From Phycisphaera mikurensis (GTDB lineage: Bacteria; Planctomycetota; B15-G4; JADJEK01): a stretch of DNA of 45,133 nt. The stretch spans positions 7,048 to 52,180 of the forward strand of contig DYIW01000002.1 of assembly GCA_020723465.1 (NCBI GenBank), in the 5' to 3' direction. The position numbers and the translations under genes are program-made. Each line of letters begins with the position of its first letter. Positions within the stretch are counted from its first letter, which is position 1. This document shows, in pieces, positions 10,027-21,880 of this stretch. The notes under the pieces were generated by a model. It saw only the letters and a list, made by a program, of their open reading frames with translations, was not told where the DNA came from and ran no database searches.

Positions 10027-10719
10027 ATGGACCGAATCGCCGTGACCGTTGCCGCTGGCGTCGTGTTGCTGTTCGTGACCGGAGGCTGCGCGCGGAAGGA
10101 AGAACGTCCACCGGCCGCCGAGGGAACCTTCGCGATTTCCGGCTTGCCGGCCGAGATGACGGTGACGCAGCGATCCACGACGGCGGTCCCGGGATCGGAC
10201 GGGCGCGTGCGCGTGACCGTCGATGACGTCACGCGCGGCCAGGTGACGGTCACGGTGCTCGCCGAGGATGGGAGCGCGCTTGCCGGTCCGACGTCTCTTT
10301 GCCCGGCAGACCGCGTGCGATTCGCGGCGGGCGGGGGCGCCTACGTGCTGCAGCTCGAGGCGCTGGACAACGCGCTGGTGGGCGAGGACCACGCCACCCT
10401 TGTGATCGCCGCCGCGGAGGCCGGCCCGCCGGAGCGCGAGAAGATCGAGCGGCTGCTCGCGTTCGTGGCGTCGATGCAGGACGCGGTCTTCATCCGCAAC
10501 GGCGCCGAGTATCCGGCCGCGGAGGCCGCCGACCATCTGCGCTGGAAATGGGAGGCGGCCGGCGCCCGCATCCGCACGGCCGAGCAGTTTATCGAGGAGA
10601 TCGCGACGCGGTCCTCGGCCAGCGGAGAGGCCTACCAGATCCGGCTCAAGGACGGCGTGCTCGTGCCCGCGGGCGAGTACCTGAAAGAGCGGCTGGCCGA
10701 GATCAATGAGAACGGCTAG
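10027..10719 (+). CDS. Lipoprotein with C-terminal DUF5329 (YfeK-like) domain
   Basis: Lipobox-like VTGGC. C-terminal EREKIERLL...FIRNGAEYPAAEAADHLRWK...TAEQFIEEIATRSSASGEAYQI is recognisable as DUF5329. Confidence 0.75.
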   Translation: MDRIAVTVAAGVVLLFVTGGCARKEERPPAAEGTFAISGLPAEMTVTQRSTTAVPGSDGRVRVTVDDVTRGQVTVTVLAEDGSALAGPTSLCPADRVRFAAGGGAYVLQLEALDNALVGEDHATLVIAAAEAGPPEREKIERLLAFVASMQDAVFIRNGAEYPAAEAADHLRWKWEAAGARIRTAEQFIEEIATRSSASGEAYQIRLKDGVLVPAGEYLKERLAEINENG

Positions 10720-11536
10720 CGGGCGGCGCCTGCGGCCGCGAGCGCGGCGTGCGCGGCTTGGGCCCGCGCTGCACGCACACGGTCTGGCACTCGTGGCAGA
10801 CCACGCAGTCGAGGGCGCGGCTGGCGGGAACGCCCGCGCGGAAGCGCTCGGAGGGCTTGCCTTCCATGGGACAGACCTTGTTGCACTTCTCGCACTTGAG
10901 GCATTCGAACTTGGCCGGGCTGACGCTCCACAGGCTGACGTGATTGAAGGGCGCGAGCATGGCGCCGAGCGGGCACAGGACGCGGCAGAAGCCGCGCTCG
11001 AAGAAGAGCACGAGCAGCAGCACGAGGACGAGCACGCCTAGCTTGATCGCCGTGGCCAGGCTGATCGCGGCGCCGCCGATCAGGTTGGGGATCGTGACCT
11101 GGAGCGCGGAGGCGGGGCAGACGCGGCAGAAGGACCAGAGGGTCTCGGCGCCGAAGAACCAGGGCAGAGTGAAGATGGTGAGCAGGAGCACCAGGTACTT
11201 GATGTACGTGGTCCAGGCCGGCAAGGAGAGCTTGGGCGTGGGGATCTTGTGCAGCAGGTCCTGCAGGAAGCCGAAGGGGCACACCCAGCCGCACAGCAGG
11301 CGGCCGAGCAGCGCGGCCAGCAGCAGGAAGAGGCCGAGCGTCAGATAGGGGAGGACGTGCCAGCCCGAGTAATGCACGAAGATGCCCATCGGGCAGGCGA
11401 ACCAGGCGAGCGCGCATGAGTGACAGCTCAATACCGGCGCGCAGAACCACTTGAGCTGGAGGGCGGGGCTCCAGGAGCTATGCAGCAGCAGGAGGGAGAA
11501 GGTCTGCACCCACCTCCTGGTCTTCTGGATCATCAT
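10703..11536 (-). CDS. Membrane 4Fe-4S binding protein (NapH/MauN-like)
   Basis: CHSC-x6-CP, CGWVCPFG, CRVCP and FCRVLCPLG motifs, several TM segments, and two ferredoxin motifs (CLKCEKCNKVCP, CVVCHECQTVC). Lies directly downstream of selB. Confidence 0.85.
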   Translation of the reverse strand: MMIQKTRRWVQTFSLLLLHSSWSPALQLKWFCAPVLSCHSCALAWFACPMGIFVHYSGWHVLPYLTLGLFLLLAALLGRLLCGWVCPFGFLQDLLHKIPTPKLSLPAWTTYIKYLVLLLTIFTLPWFFGAETLWSFCRVCPASALQVTIPNLIGGAAISLATAIKLGVLVLVLLLVLFFERGFCRVLCPLGAMLAPFNHVSLWSVSPAKFECLKCEKCNKVCPMEGKPSERFRAGVPASRALDCVVCHECQTVCVQRGPKPRTPRSRPQAPPASRSH

Positions 11537-11579
11537 GGGAATGGAGTCGTGACAGCGGCGGCCGGGTTGTGAGCTGGTC

Positions 11580-13571
<1,992 letters not shown>

Positions 13572-13613
13572 GCGCTGTCCCTCATCGCCGCCGGAGCTGC
13601 GCTAGCTCCTGCC

Positions 13614-15029
13614 TCATGCGTCTGCGCGCGCCGCGCGCCGCAGGGCTGCATGCACCAGCGCGTCCTCGCCGGCGAGGAGCGTGCGCATGTCGAGGATCAC
13701 CTCCTCCTCGCTGATGCGCGCGATGACGGGCGGCTCGTTCTGGCGCAGGAGCTGGCTCAGCCGGTCGGGGGAATGCCGCGCGCTCCGCACGGCCAGCACG
13801 TAGGTCTTGAGCGGCGTCGCCGGCATGGAGCCGCCGCCCGCGGCGCTCTCGTCCTCCTTGACGCGCGCCTCCAGGGGCAGGCGGTCGGCGTCGATGCGCT
13901 TCTTCAGGCGCTGCGCCCTCCGGCGCAAGTCGGCCGGGTCGGCCGCCAGCATGCGCAGGGTCGGGTGGTTCTCCAGCAGCGTCTCCTCGTCCAGGAACAG
14001 GCGCAGCGTCTGCTCGAGGGCGAGGTCGGTGAGCTTGCACACGCGCATCATGCGGGCGAAGGGGTGCTTCTTGATGCGCGCGACCAGCTCGGCGCGGCCG
14101 ACCACGATGCCGGCCTGCGGCCCGCCGATGAGCTTGTCGCCGCTGAAGCAGACGACGTCCGCGCCGGCGGCGATGCTCTCCTGCACGGTCAGCTCTTTCG
14201 GCAGGCCGAAGCGCGTGGTGTCCACCAGGGCGCCGCAGCCGACGTCGTCGATGACGATCACCGGCCGCTTCTGCTTCAGCGCGACCAGCTCGGCGATGGA
14301 CACTTCCTTGGCGAAGCCGACCACGCGGTAGTTGCTCGGGTTGGCGCGCAGGATGGCGCCGGTGCGCTCGTTGAGCGCCTCCTCGTAGTCGCGCAGGTGC
14401 GTGCGGTTGGTGGTGCCGACCGGCACGGCGATGGCGCCGCTCTGGCGGATGCAGTCCGGCAGGCGGAAGGAGCCGCCGATCTCGATGAGCTGGCCGTGCG
14501 AGACGATGACTTCCTTGCCGGCGCAGAGGGCGGAGAGGATGAGCAGCGTGGCGGCGGCGTTGTTGTTGGTGATCATCGCCGCCTCGGCGCCGGTCAGGCG
14601 CGTGAGCAGGCGCTCGCTCATGTAGCAGCGCTTGCCGCGCTTCCCGGTGTCGAGGTCGATTTGCATGCTGCAGCAACGGTCGAGCGAGGCGAGCGCGGCA
14701 GCGGCGCGCGGCGGCAGCACGGCGCGGCCGAGGCCGGTGTGCAGGATCACGCCCGTGGCGTTCACCACCGGCCGCAGGCGGTCCTTCTCCTCCTCGAGGA
14801 CGATGTGGCGCACGCGCTCCACGACCTCGCCCATGGCCGGCAGCTCATCCCCGGGGCGGAAGGCGCGGCGGAACTCGCCGAGCGCGGCCTTGATGGCGTC
14901 CAGGACCAGGGGGCGCGAGAACTCGGCGATCAGCTCGTGGATGCGCGGTTCCTCGAGCACGGCGTAGACCGGGATGAGCCCGCGTCGCGTGTCGTCGCCG
15001 CCGTCTGGGGGGGAGGAGTCTCGTGTCAT
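13614..15029 (-). CDS. selA: L-seryl-tRNA(Sec) selenium transferase
   Basis: VVNATGVILHTGLGRA, NNNAAA, EIGGSFRLPD, VGTTNRTH and the PLP motif FSGDKLIGGPQAG. Confidence 0.97.
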   Translation of the reverse strand: MTRDSSPPDGGDDTRRGLIPVYAVLEEPRIHELIAEFSRPLVLDAIKAALGEFRRAFRPGDELPAMGEVVERVRHIVLEEEKDRLRPVVNATGVILHTGLGRAVLPPRAAAALASLDRCCSMQIDLDTGKRGKRCYMSERLLTRLTGAEAAMITNNNAAATLLILSALCAGKEVIVSHGQLIEIGGSFRLPDCIRQSGAIAVPVGTTNRTHLRDYEEALNERTGAILRANPSNYRVVGFAKEVSIAELVALKQKRPVIVIDDVGCGALVDTTRFGLPKELTVQESIAAGADVVCFSGDKLIGGPQAGIVVGRAELVARIKKHPFARMMRVCKLTDLALEQTLRLFLDEETLLENHPTLRMLAADPADLRRRAQRLKKRIDADRLPLEARVKEDESAAGGGSMPATPLKTYVLAVRSARHSPDRLSQLLRQNEPPVIARISEEEVILDMRTLLAGEDALVHAALRRAARADA

Positions 15030-15044
15030 GGGCCTATGCAAAAG

Positions 15045-15139
15045 TGGCGGAGGTGAATGGGAGTCGAACCCACCTAGCGTCTAAGCGACGATACGACGGC
15101 TTTGAAGGCCGCGGGAGCCACCGGGCCCCGCTCACCTCC
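15045..15139 (-). tRNA. selC: tRNA-Sec (anticodon UCA)
   Basis: 95 nt with an 8-bp acceptor stem GGAGGUGA/UCACCUCC, anticodon arm GCGGC-CUUCAAA-GCCGU, long variable arm, T arm GUGGG-UUCGACU-CCCAU and encoded GCCA end. Directly upstream of selA. Confidence 0.97.
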
Positions 15140-15169
15140 GCATGTTGTCTGCGCGGCGGCCGCCGATCC

Positions 15170-15198
15170 CTTCTACTTGCGCCCGCTCCTGCCGTCAA
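15170..15198 (-). promoter_or_regulatory. Putative sigma70 promoter of selC-selA-selB
   Basis: TTGACG-N17-TAGAAG, about 30 nt upstream of tRNA-Sec. Confidence 0.55.
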
Positions 15199-15229
15199 GG
15201 CAGCCCGGCCGCCCGGCCGGAGCGGGAGG

Positions 15230-15258
15230 TTGCCGCGTCGTCGCTCGTGCGGTAGCAT
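15230..15258 (+). promoter_or_regulatory. Putative divergent sigma70 promoter for the two selenoprotein genes
   Basis: TTGCCG-N17-TAGCAT, back-to-back with the selC promoter. Confidence 0.5.
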
Positions 15259-15349
15259 CCTGGACGCAGGCAGCCGCCGTTCCGGCCGCGCGGGTCGTTC
15301 CTCCGCGCCGGGGGGCGCTTGCCAGGACCGTCCGGAGGTGCGGCGTTTC

Positions 15350-15631
15350 ATGGCGGCAGGACCCTGGGTCAGGAAGTCGGCGGCTGCCGTCATTCTCGCC
15401 GGGAGCGTGGTGCTGATCGCGGCCGCGCGCGAGCGCTCGTACGACGTGCGCGTGCTGGACGCCGACGAGCTGGCCGAGGTGCTGGGCGTCGCGCCCTTCG
15501 ATCAGATCAGCGAGACGCAGCTCGCCATCGACGCCACCTTCACCGGCGTCATCCGCAAGGAGGGTGGGCTCTACTCCACCTACGACCGGTCGCAGCCGCG
15601 CAGCAAGCGAGCCTGCCCGACGTGACAGTAG
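15350..15631 (+). CDS. Small membrane-anchored protein with C-terminal C-P-T-U-Q (putative CxxU selenoprotein, 93 aa)
   Basis: ATG 15350 after GGAGG, N-terminal hydrophobic helix, ends ...KRACPT TGA CAG TAG. SECIS-like hairpin at 15641-15659. Confidence 0.7.
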
Positions 15632-15660
15632 TCCTTCCTTGCCGGTCACGGCGACCGGCT
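15623..15660 (+). promoter_or_regulatory. Candidate SECIS element (mostly in the 3' UTR)
   Basis: UGA-15 nt-GCCGGUC[ACGGC]GACCGGC; the loop starts 22 nt after the UGA. Confidence 0.55.
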
Positions 15661-15728
15661 GACCAACTATTGATGCAGCAGAAGCGGCGCGGAGGCGGTG
15701 CGCTCGCACCCCGCGCCGAGGAGCCGAG

Positions 15729-17198
15729 ATGACAGGAGCGTGGAAACGACTCGCGCGGGCGGGCCTGTTCGCGGGCGCGCTCGCCGCGCCGGCCCTGGCC
15801 GAGGAGGTGGCGCTGGAGTACGTGCGCTACCCGGAAGGCGAGCAGGAGGACGAGGCGTTCCTGCCGCGCTTCACCCGCGCCATCGAGGAGATCGCGACCA
15901 GCGCGCCGCGCGGGGACTTCAAGCTGCCGCCGCTCCAGAGCAAGGAGCCCCTGTTCGCGCTCCTCGAGCTGGGCGGGGAGCCGCGGCTGCTCGTCTTCGA
16001 CCGCGCGGACGCCGGCGATCCTTTCTTCAACGTCCTTTACTGCGACGCCGATGGGGACGGCGACCTGACGAACGACCCGGCCCTGAAGAGCGTCGATGCC
16101 GAGGCCTTGCCGGGCTACCTCGAGCTGCCGCCGCTCGATCTGAAGGTGCGCGCGGGCTCCGGCCGCGCGGACTACAGCCTGCGCGTCACACTCACCTCGA
16201 GCGCGCTGCTCGAGGGCGGGGAGCTGAGCGACCCGCTCGACCTCGAGGACCTTTCCCTGCAGATCACCCCCAACTGCTGCTACGCGGGCGAAGCGGCCTG
16301 CGCCGGCGGCGCCTGCCGCCTGCTGCTCGCCGACGCGAACGTCAACGGGCGCTTCGACGACGTGGTTCGGCTCGACTCTGACGGCTACGAACCGTTCCAG
16401 GCCATCGAGCCCGCGGGCGACCTGCTCTACCTGACCACCGCGGGCACAGTCGAGGCAAGCGACTTCTGCGCGCTCGGGAACGTGCTCGCGCTCGGCCAAG
16501 ACGTGTTCCAGGTGAAGGTCGACGCGGCCGCGCGGAAGCTCGTGCTCGAGCTTTGCGCCGACGCCAGCGCGACCCTCGACCTGCCGCAGGACTGCGAGCG
16601 CCTCTGCCTCGCCTCCGAGGACGGCGGAACGTACGTGGTTCTGTTCCAGCCGGGCCGGAGCGCCTCCGTCCCTGCCGGGAAGTACCGGGTCGCCGCCTAC
16701 CGGCTGCGGCGCGCCGACGCCGAGGGCGACGTGAGGAGCCTGGCCGCGGCCGCCACGCCGCGCACGCCTTTCTTCATGGCGGCAGCGGGCGCGTCCACGG
16801 CCGTGGCCTTCGGCGAGCCCTTCGCGCCGGCGGCGCGCGTGCCGCCGAGCGCCTACGAGGAGGCCGCGGGCGCGACACCGGAATCCGTGCCGGTCGAGTT
16901 CCGCATCGACGGCAGCGCCCAGGAGGTCGTCACCGACCTCAGGCGCGTCTCGGGCAGCGCGACCAAGATCGAGATGGACGGGGTGAAGACGCACCTGCCG
17001 AAGGCGCCGGCCTACGTGATCCTGTCCGCGGCCGGGAAGATCGCTGCGCGCGGCGCCTTCGAGTATGGCTGAGGCTTCACCTGCTCGGCCACATGGGCTG
17101 GCCCAGAAGCGCAGACCAAGTACGTCGTCGTGTGCACCTACCAGGTGGGGCCCTTCGCCAGCGCGAAGGTGAAGGAGGAGATCGCGCCCTTCCCGTAG
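15729..17198 (+). CDS. Exported putative selenoprotein, YG-U-GFxC family paralog 2 (489 aa, Sec codon at 17070-17072)
   Basis: Signal peptide ending ALA-EE and DADGDGDLTND motif. Reads ...GAFEYG-U-GFTCSATWAGPEAQTKYVVVCTYQVGPFASAKVKEEIAPFP*. Collinear with 8410..9858 on both sides of the UGA. Confidence 0.85.
17070..17110 (+). promoter_or_regulatory. Candidate bacterial SECIS element
   Basis: Lower stem GCUUC/GAAGC and upper stem GGCCA[CAUGGGC]UGGCC; AUGG starts 20 nt after the UGA. Confidence 0.65.
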
Positions 17199-17268
17199 TC
17201 CTGCAGGCGCGTCCGAGCGCAACCTGATCGACGGGGTGTGCTCCTAACATTGAGCGGCTACCGGGGTC

Positions 17269-17340
17269 TCGTGCCCGTGCCCGTGCCCGACGGTAGCGAA
17301 CGCCATGACCCGCTTCGATCGGGCACGGGCACGGGCACGA
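17269..17340. repeat. Perfect 22-bp inverted repeat built from (GTGCCC)3
   Basis: TCGTGCCCGTGCCCGTGCCCGA (17269-17290) and TCGGGCACGGGCACGGGCACGA (17319-17340), with a 28-nt spacer. Confidence 0.9.
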
Positions 17341-17565
17341 AACAGCCAGCCCGCCTGCTCAGGGTCGCACGCAGACCCGCGCAATCGACTTCCTCTATCA
17401 GCGCGATTCGCCGTTTCTCTTTCGCGGCGCCGAGATGGGGGAGGCGGTGCCGCCGCGCACCGGGAACGGCCCGAAAGCGGCGCTCGGCCCGCAAATTGCA
17501 TATGGGTTTTGGAGTCGGTACGCTCGCTCGTTCGCTTCCGGCGCCAGCCAGGTGGAGTTGGACCA

Positions 17566-19671
17566 ATGACCAGGAACCTGTACGTCACGATCAACGAGAC
17601 CCGCAGCGGCAAGAGCGCCATCTCCCTGGGGCTGATGGAGTTCATGGAAGGGACGATCCAGCGCGTCGGCTTCTTCCGGCCGATCGCGCGCATGCATGAG
17701 CGCGGCGCGGCCCTCGACGCGAACATCGACCTGATCCGCAGCCACTTCCGGCTCGAGGATCCGCCCGAGCTGATGTACGGCGTGTCGGCCAAGACCGCCG
17801 AGGAGATGGTCGCGCGCGGCCGCTTCGACGACCTGATCGAGACGATCATCGAGCGCTACAAGGCGTACGAGGAGCAGTGCGACTTCGTCCTCATCGAGGG
17901 CACGAACTACGAGGGCGTGACCTCGTGGTTCGAGTTCGACACCAATGCCATCATCGCCCGCAACCTGGGTGCGCCGGTGCTGATGATCTTCAAGGCCAAG
18001 GATCGCACGATCGACGAGATCGTCTCGTCGGCGGTCATGAGCAAGGAGCAGTTCGAACTGCGCGGCTGCGAGCTGAAGGCGGCCATGGTCAACATGGTCG
18101 ATCCCGACCGCCTGCGCGAGATCCGCACCACCCTGCAGGAGCGCATGTCCCGCGAGGGAATCGACCTCGTGGGCGTCTTCCCCGAGGAGAAGCTGCTCGC
18201 CTGCCCCACGGCCGCCGAGGTCATCACCGAACTCGGCGGCACGGTCGTCTACGGCGAGAAGTACCTGGACAACCTGGCCTCGGGCTTCGTCGTGGCGGCG
18301 ATGAAGCTGGACAACTGCCTGGAGCGCATCCCCGCGGGAGCGCTGGTGATCACACCCGGCGACCGCCAAGACATCATCGCAGGCCTGATGGCGGCGCAGA
18401 TCTCGACCACCATGCCGAACATCGCCGGCATCGTGCTCACCGGCGGCTTCCTGCCCACGCCGCCCATCGACCGGCTCATCAAGGGGCTGCGGTCGGTGCG
18501 CGTGCCCATCATCTCGGTGCAGGAGAACACCTTCGAGACGGCGATGGCTCTGAACCAGATCAACGCGGTGATCCGGCCGGCGAACCACCGCAAGATCGAC
18601 ACCGCACTGTCGCTGTTCGCGGCCAACGTCGACGCCGCGCGTTTGACGGCGGTGCTTGCGGTCGAGGCGCCGCAGGTGCTCACGCCCAAGCTCTTCCTGC
18701 ACAAGGTGGTGCACATGGCCGCCGCGAACAAGAAGCGCATCGTCCTGCCCGAGGCGCTGGAGGAGCGCATCCTGCGCGCCGTGGAGGTCCTGGAGCGCCG
18801 CGACGTGGTGGACGTGATCCTCCTGGGCGAGGAGGAGAAGATCCGCGCGCGCGCCGACGAGCTCAAGCTGCAGCTCGGCGACGCGCGCATCGTCAACCCG
18901 GCGGAGCAGCCGGACTTCGAGGACTACGTCGAGACCTACTTCGAGCTGCGCAAGCACAAGCAGATCACCAGGGACATCGCGCGCGACACCATGGTCGATC
19001 CGGTCTTCTACGGCACGATGATGGTCTACAAGGGCCACGCCGACGGCATGGTCTCCGGGTCGATCACGACCACGCGCGAGACGCTCCGGCCGGCCTTCGA
19101 GTTCATCAAGACCCGGCCGGGTATCTCGCTGGTCTCGAGCGTCTTCTTCATGTGCCTGGATGACCGTGTGCTCGTCTACGGCGACTGCGCGGTGAACCCC
19201 AATCCCACGGCCCAGGAGCTGGCCGAGATCGCCGTGTCCTCGGCCGACACCGCGCGCGCCTTCGGCATCGAGCCGGCGGTGGCCATGCTCTCCTATTCCA
19301 CCGGCAAGTCGGGCACGGGCAGCGACGTGGAGAAGGTGGCCGAGGCCACGCGCCTGGCGCAGAAGCTGCGCCCCGACCTGGCCATCGAGGGGCCGCTGCA
19401 GTACGACGCCGCCATCGACGCCGGCGTGGCCAAGACCAAGCTGCCGGGCAGCAAGGTGGCGGGCCACGCCACCGTGTTCATCTTCCCCGACCTCAACACC
19501 GGCAACAACACCTACAAGGCGGTGCAGCGCTCGGCGCACGCCATCGCCGTGGGGCCGGTGCTGCAGGGCCTGAAGAAGCCGGTGAACGACCTGAGCCGCG
19601 GCTGCACCGTGCCGGACATCGTCAACACGGTCGCGATCACCGCCATCCAGGCGCAGAGCGTCGGCGACTGA
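17566..19671 (+). CDS. pta: Phosphate acetyltransferase (long form with AAA_26/DRTGG N-terminus)
   Basis: SGKSAISLGLM, TPGDR, YGDCAVNP, GPLQYDAA, FIFPDLNTGNNTYKAVQR and PVNDLSRG motifs. Confidence 0.95.
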   Translation: MTRNLYVTINETRSGKSAISLGLMEFMEGTIQRVGFFRPIARMHERGAALDANIDLIRSHFRLEDPPELMYGVSAKTAEEMVARGRFDDLIETIIERYKAYEEQCDFVLIEGTNYEGVTSWFEFDTNAIIARNLGAPVLMIFKAKDRTIDEIVSSAVMSKEQFELRGCELKAAMVNMVDPDRLREIRTTLQERMSREGIDLVGVFPEEKLLACPTAAEVITELGGTVVYGEKYLDNLASGFVVAAMKLDNCLERIPAGALVITPGDRQDIIAGLMAAQISTTMPNIAGIVLTGGFLPTPPIDRLIKGLRSVRVPIISVQENTFETAMALNQINAVIRPANHRKIDTALSLFAANVDAARLTAVLAVEAPQVLTPKLFLHKVVHMAAANKKRIVLPEALEERILRAVEVLERRDVVDVILLGEEEKIRARADELKLQLGDARIVNPAEQPDFEDYVETYFELRKHKQITRDIARDTMVDPVFYGTMMVYKGHADGMVSGSITTTRETLRPAFEFIKTRPGISLVSSVFFMCLDDRVLVYGDCAVNPNPTAQELAEIAVSSADTARAFGIEPAVAMLSYSTGKSGTGSDVEKVAEATRLAQKLRPDLAIEGPLQYDAAIDAGVAKTKLPGSKVAGHATVFIFPDLNTGNNTYKAVQRSAHAIAVGPVLQGLKKPVNDLSRGCTVPDIVNTVAITAIQAQSVGD

Positions 19672-19691
19672 GGCGCCGCAAGGAGAGAGCC

Positions 19692-20885
19692 GTGAAGATC
19701 CTCGTGCTCAACTCGGGCAGCTCTTCCATCAAGTACAAGTGCTGCGAGATGCCGGCGCACCGCGTCCTCGCCTCGGGCCTGTGCGAGAAGATCGGCGAGC
19801 CCGCGGGGCGCGTCACGCACCACGCCGGCGGCCGCGAGGAGGTGGTGGAGCAGGCCTTCCCGGACCACGCCGCGGCGCTGGAGAAGGTGCTCGCGCTCCT
19901 CACCGGCGCGGGCGGCGTGCTGCAGCGCAAGGAAGAGATCGACGGCGTCGGGCACCGGCTGGTGCACGGCGGCGAGCAGTTCTCCGGCTCGGTGATCGTG
20001 GATGACGCGGTGGTGGACGCGGTGCGGGCGAACATCCCGCTCGCCCCGCTGCACAACCCGCCCAACCTGCTCGGCCTGGAGGTGGCGCGCCGCCTCCTGC
20101 CCGGCGTGCCGCAGGTCGGCGTGTTCGACACCGCCTTCCACCAGGGCATGGAGCCGCGCGCCTACCTCTATGCGCTGCCTTACGAGCTGTATCGCGAGGA
20201 CCGCATCCGCCGCTACGGCTTCCACGGCACCTCCCACGCCTACGTGTCGCGGCGCGCCGCGCGCCTGCTCGGCCGGCGCGCCGAGGACGTGAACGTCATC
20301 ACCTGCCATCTCGGCAACGGCGCGAGCATGGCCGCGGTGCGGGGCGGCCGCTCGGTGGACACGAGCATGGGCTTCACGCCGCTCGAGGGGCTGGTCATGG
20401 GCACGCGGCCCGGCGACTTCGACCCGGCGGTCATCCTCTACCTGCTGAAGGACCGCGCCATGAGCGCGGACGACGTCAACCGCCTGCTCAACAAGCAGAG
20501 CGGGCTGCTCGGCCTCTCGGGCCGGACCAACGACATGCGCGAGATCGAGGCGGGCGCGCGCAACGGGGACGAGCGGGCGGCGCTGGCGCTGGAGGTGTAC
20601 TGCTACCGGGTGAAGAAGTACATCGGTGCGATGACGGCCGTGCTCGGGCGCGCCCACGCCCTGGTGTTCACCGCGGGCGTGGGGGAGAACTCGCCAACCG
20701 TGCGCAGCAAGAGCCTCGCGGGGCTCGAGGACATGGGCTACGCGCTCGACGCCGCCAAGAACGCCGCGGCGCGCGGGACGGAGGCCGACATCTCCGCGGC
20801 CGCGTCGCGGGCGCGCATCCTGGTGATCCCCACGGACGAGGAGATCGCGATCGCCGAGGAGACCTACGCCCTCATCTCCGGCTGA
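19692..20885 (+). CDS. ackA: Acetate kinase
   Basis: LVLNSGSSSIKY, GHRLVHGG, APLHNP, RYGFHGTSH, HLGNGAS, SMGFTPLEG and IPTDEE motifs. Confidence 0.97.
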   Translation: MKILVLNSGSSSIKYKCCEMPAHRVLASGLCEKIGEPAGRVTHHAGGREEVVEQAFPDHAAALEKVLALLTGAGGVLQRKEEIDGVGHRLVHGGEQFSGSVIVDDAVVDAVRANIPLAPLHNPPNLLGLEVARRLLPGVPQVGVFDTAFHQGMEPRAYLYALPYELYREDRIRRYGFHGTSHAYVSRRAARLLGRRAEDVNVITCHLGNGASMAAVRGGRSVDTSMGFTPLEGLVMGTRPGDFDPAVILYLLKDRAMSADDVNRLLNKQSGLLGLSGRTNDMREIEAGARNGDERAALALEVYCYRVKKYIGAMTAVLGRAHALVFTAGVGENSPTVRSKSLAGLEDMGYALDAAKNAAARGTEADISAAASRARILVIPTDEEIAIAEETYALISG

Positions 20886-20979
20886 GCGCGGTGATGCGTG
20901 CCCTGGCCCGGCCTCCCCGGGTACGATCTCGCCGGCGGGAACTCCCCCGTCGCAGGCGAGATTGGCGAGGTGCACGAAC

Positions 20980-21876
20980 ATGACGGTCGATCGACGAGAC
21001 TTCCTGCACGCGGCGGGCCTGGTGGGCGCGGCGGCCGCGCTCGGCAGCGCCGCTCTCGGCGCGCGCGAGGCGAACGCCGCCGAAGAGGAGGAGCCGGCCG
21101 TGCTCAACCTCTCCAGCCAGGAGGGGCGCATCCCGGGCGAGGCGCTGGCCGAGAGGGTCGAGCGCATGGCTGAGTGGGGCTTCAACGGGCTCGAACCGCA
21201 CGGCGGCGGTCTGCCCGGCCGCGTGGCCGAGATCCAGCAGGCCCTGCAAGGCAGCGGCGTGAGCGTGAGCGCCGTGTGCGCGGGCTACAGCGGCTGCCTC
21301 ATCTCGCACGAGGAGACCGAGCGCCGGCTGGCCGTGGACACCTTGAAGGAGCTGCTCGCGGCCGCGGGGGAGCTTCGTTCCACCGGCGTCATCGTCGTTC
21401 CCGCCTTCCACGGGCAGACCGAGCTGGACTGCCAGGAGGCGCGGACGATCCTGGTGGACCTGCTGCAGGAGCTGGGCGCGCACGCGCTCCAGGTGAAATC
21501 GCGCGTCCTGCTCGAGCCGCTCAACCGCGGCGAGTGCTACTTCCTGCGGCTCGTGGCCGACGCGGCCGCCATCGCGCGCGACGCGGGCTCGGAGGGCGTG
21601 GCGGTGATGGGCGACTTCTATCACATGAACATCGAGGAGACGAGCGACCGCGGCGCCTTCCTCTCCGCCGGCCCGCGCCTGCACCACGTGCATCTCGCTT
21701 CGCGGCGGCGCGTGCTGCCGGGGCAGGACGAGCGCAGCTTCGTGGACGGCTTCCGCGGCCTGAAGGAGGTCGGCTATCGCGACTTCCTCAGCCTGGAGTG
21801 CGGCTGCGACGGCGATCCGCTGGTCGAGATTCCCAAGTCGGTCGCGTTCCTGCGCGCGCAGTGGGCAGAGGCGTAG
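20980..21876 (+). CDS. Tat-exported sugar phosphate isomerase/epimerase (xylose-isomerase-like TIM barrel)
   Basis: DRRDFL twin-arginine signal, then LLEPLNRGE, GDFYHM, HVHLA and SLEC motifs. Confidence 0.85.
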   Translation: MTVDRRDFLHAAGLVGAAAALGSAALGAREANAAEEEEPAVLNLSSQEGRIPGEALAERVERMAEWGFNGLEPHGGGLPGRVAEIQQALQGSGVSVSAVCAGYSGCLISHEETERRLAVDTLKELLAAAGELRSTGVIVVPAFHGQTELDCQEARTILVDLLQELGAHALQVKSRVLLEPLNRGECYFLRLVADAAAIARDAGSEGVAVMGDFYHMNIEETSDRGAFLSAGPRLHHVHLASRRRVLPGQDERSFVDGFRGLKEVGYRDFLSLECGCDGDPLVEIPKSVAFLRAQWAEA

Positions 21877-21880
21877 CGCG

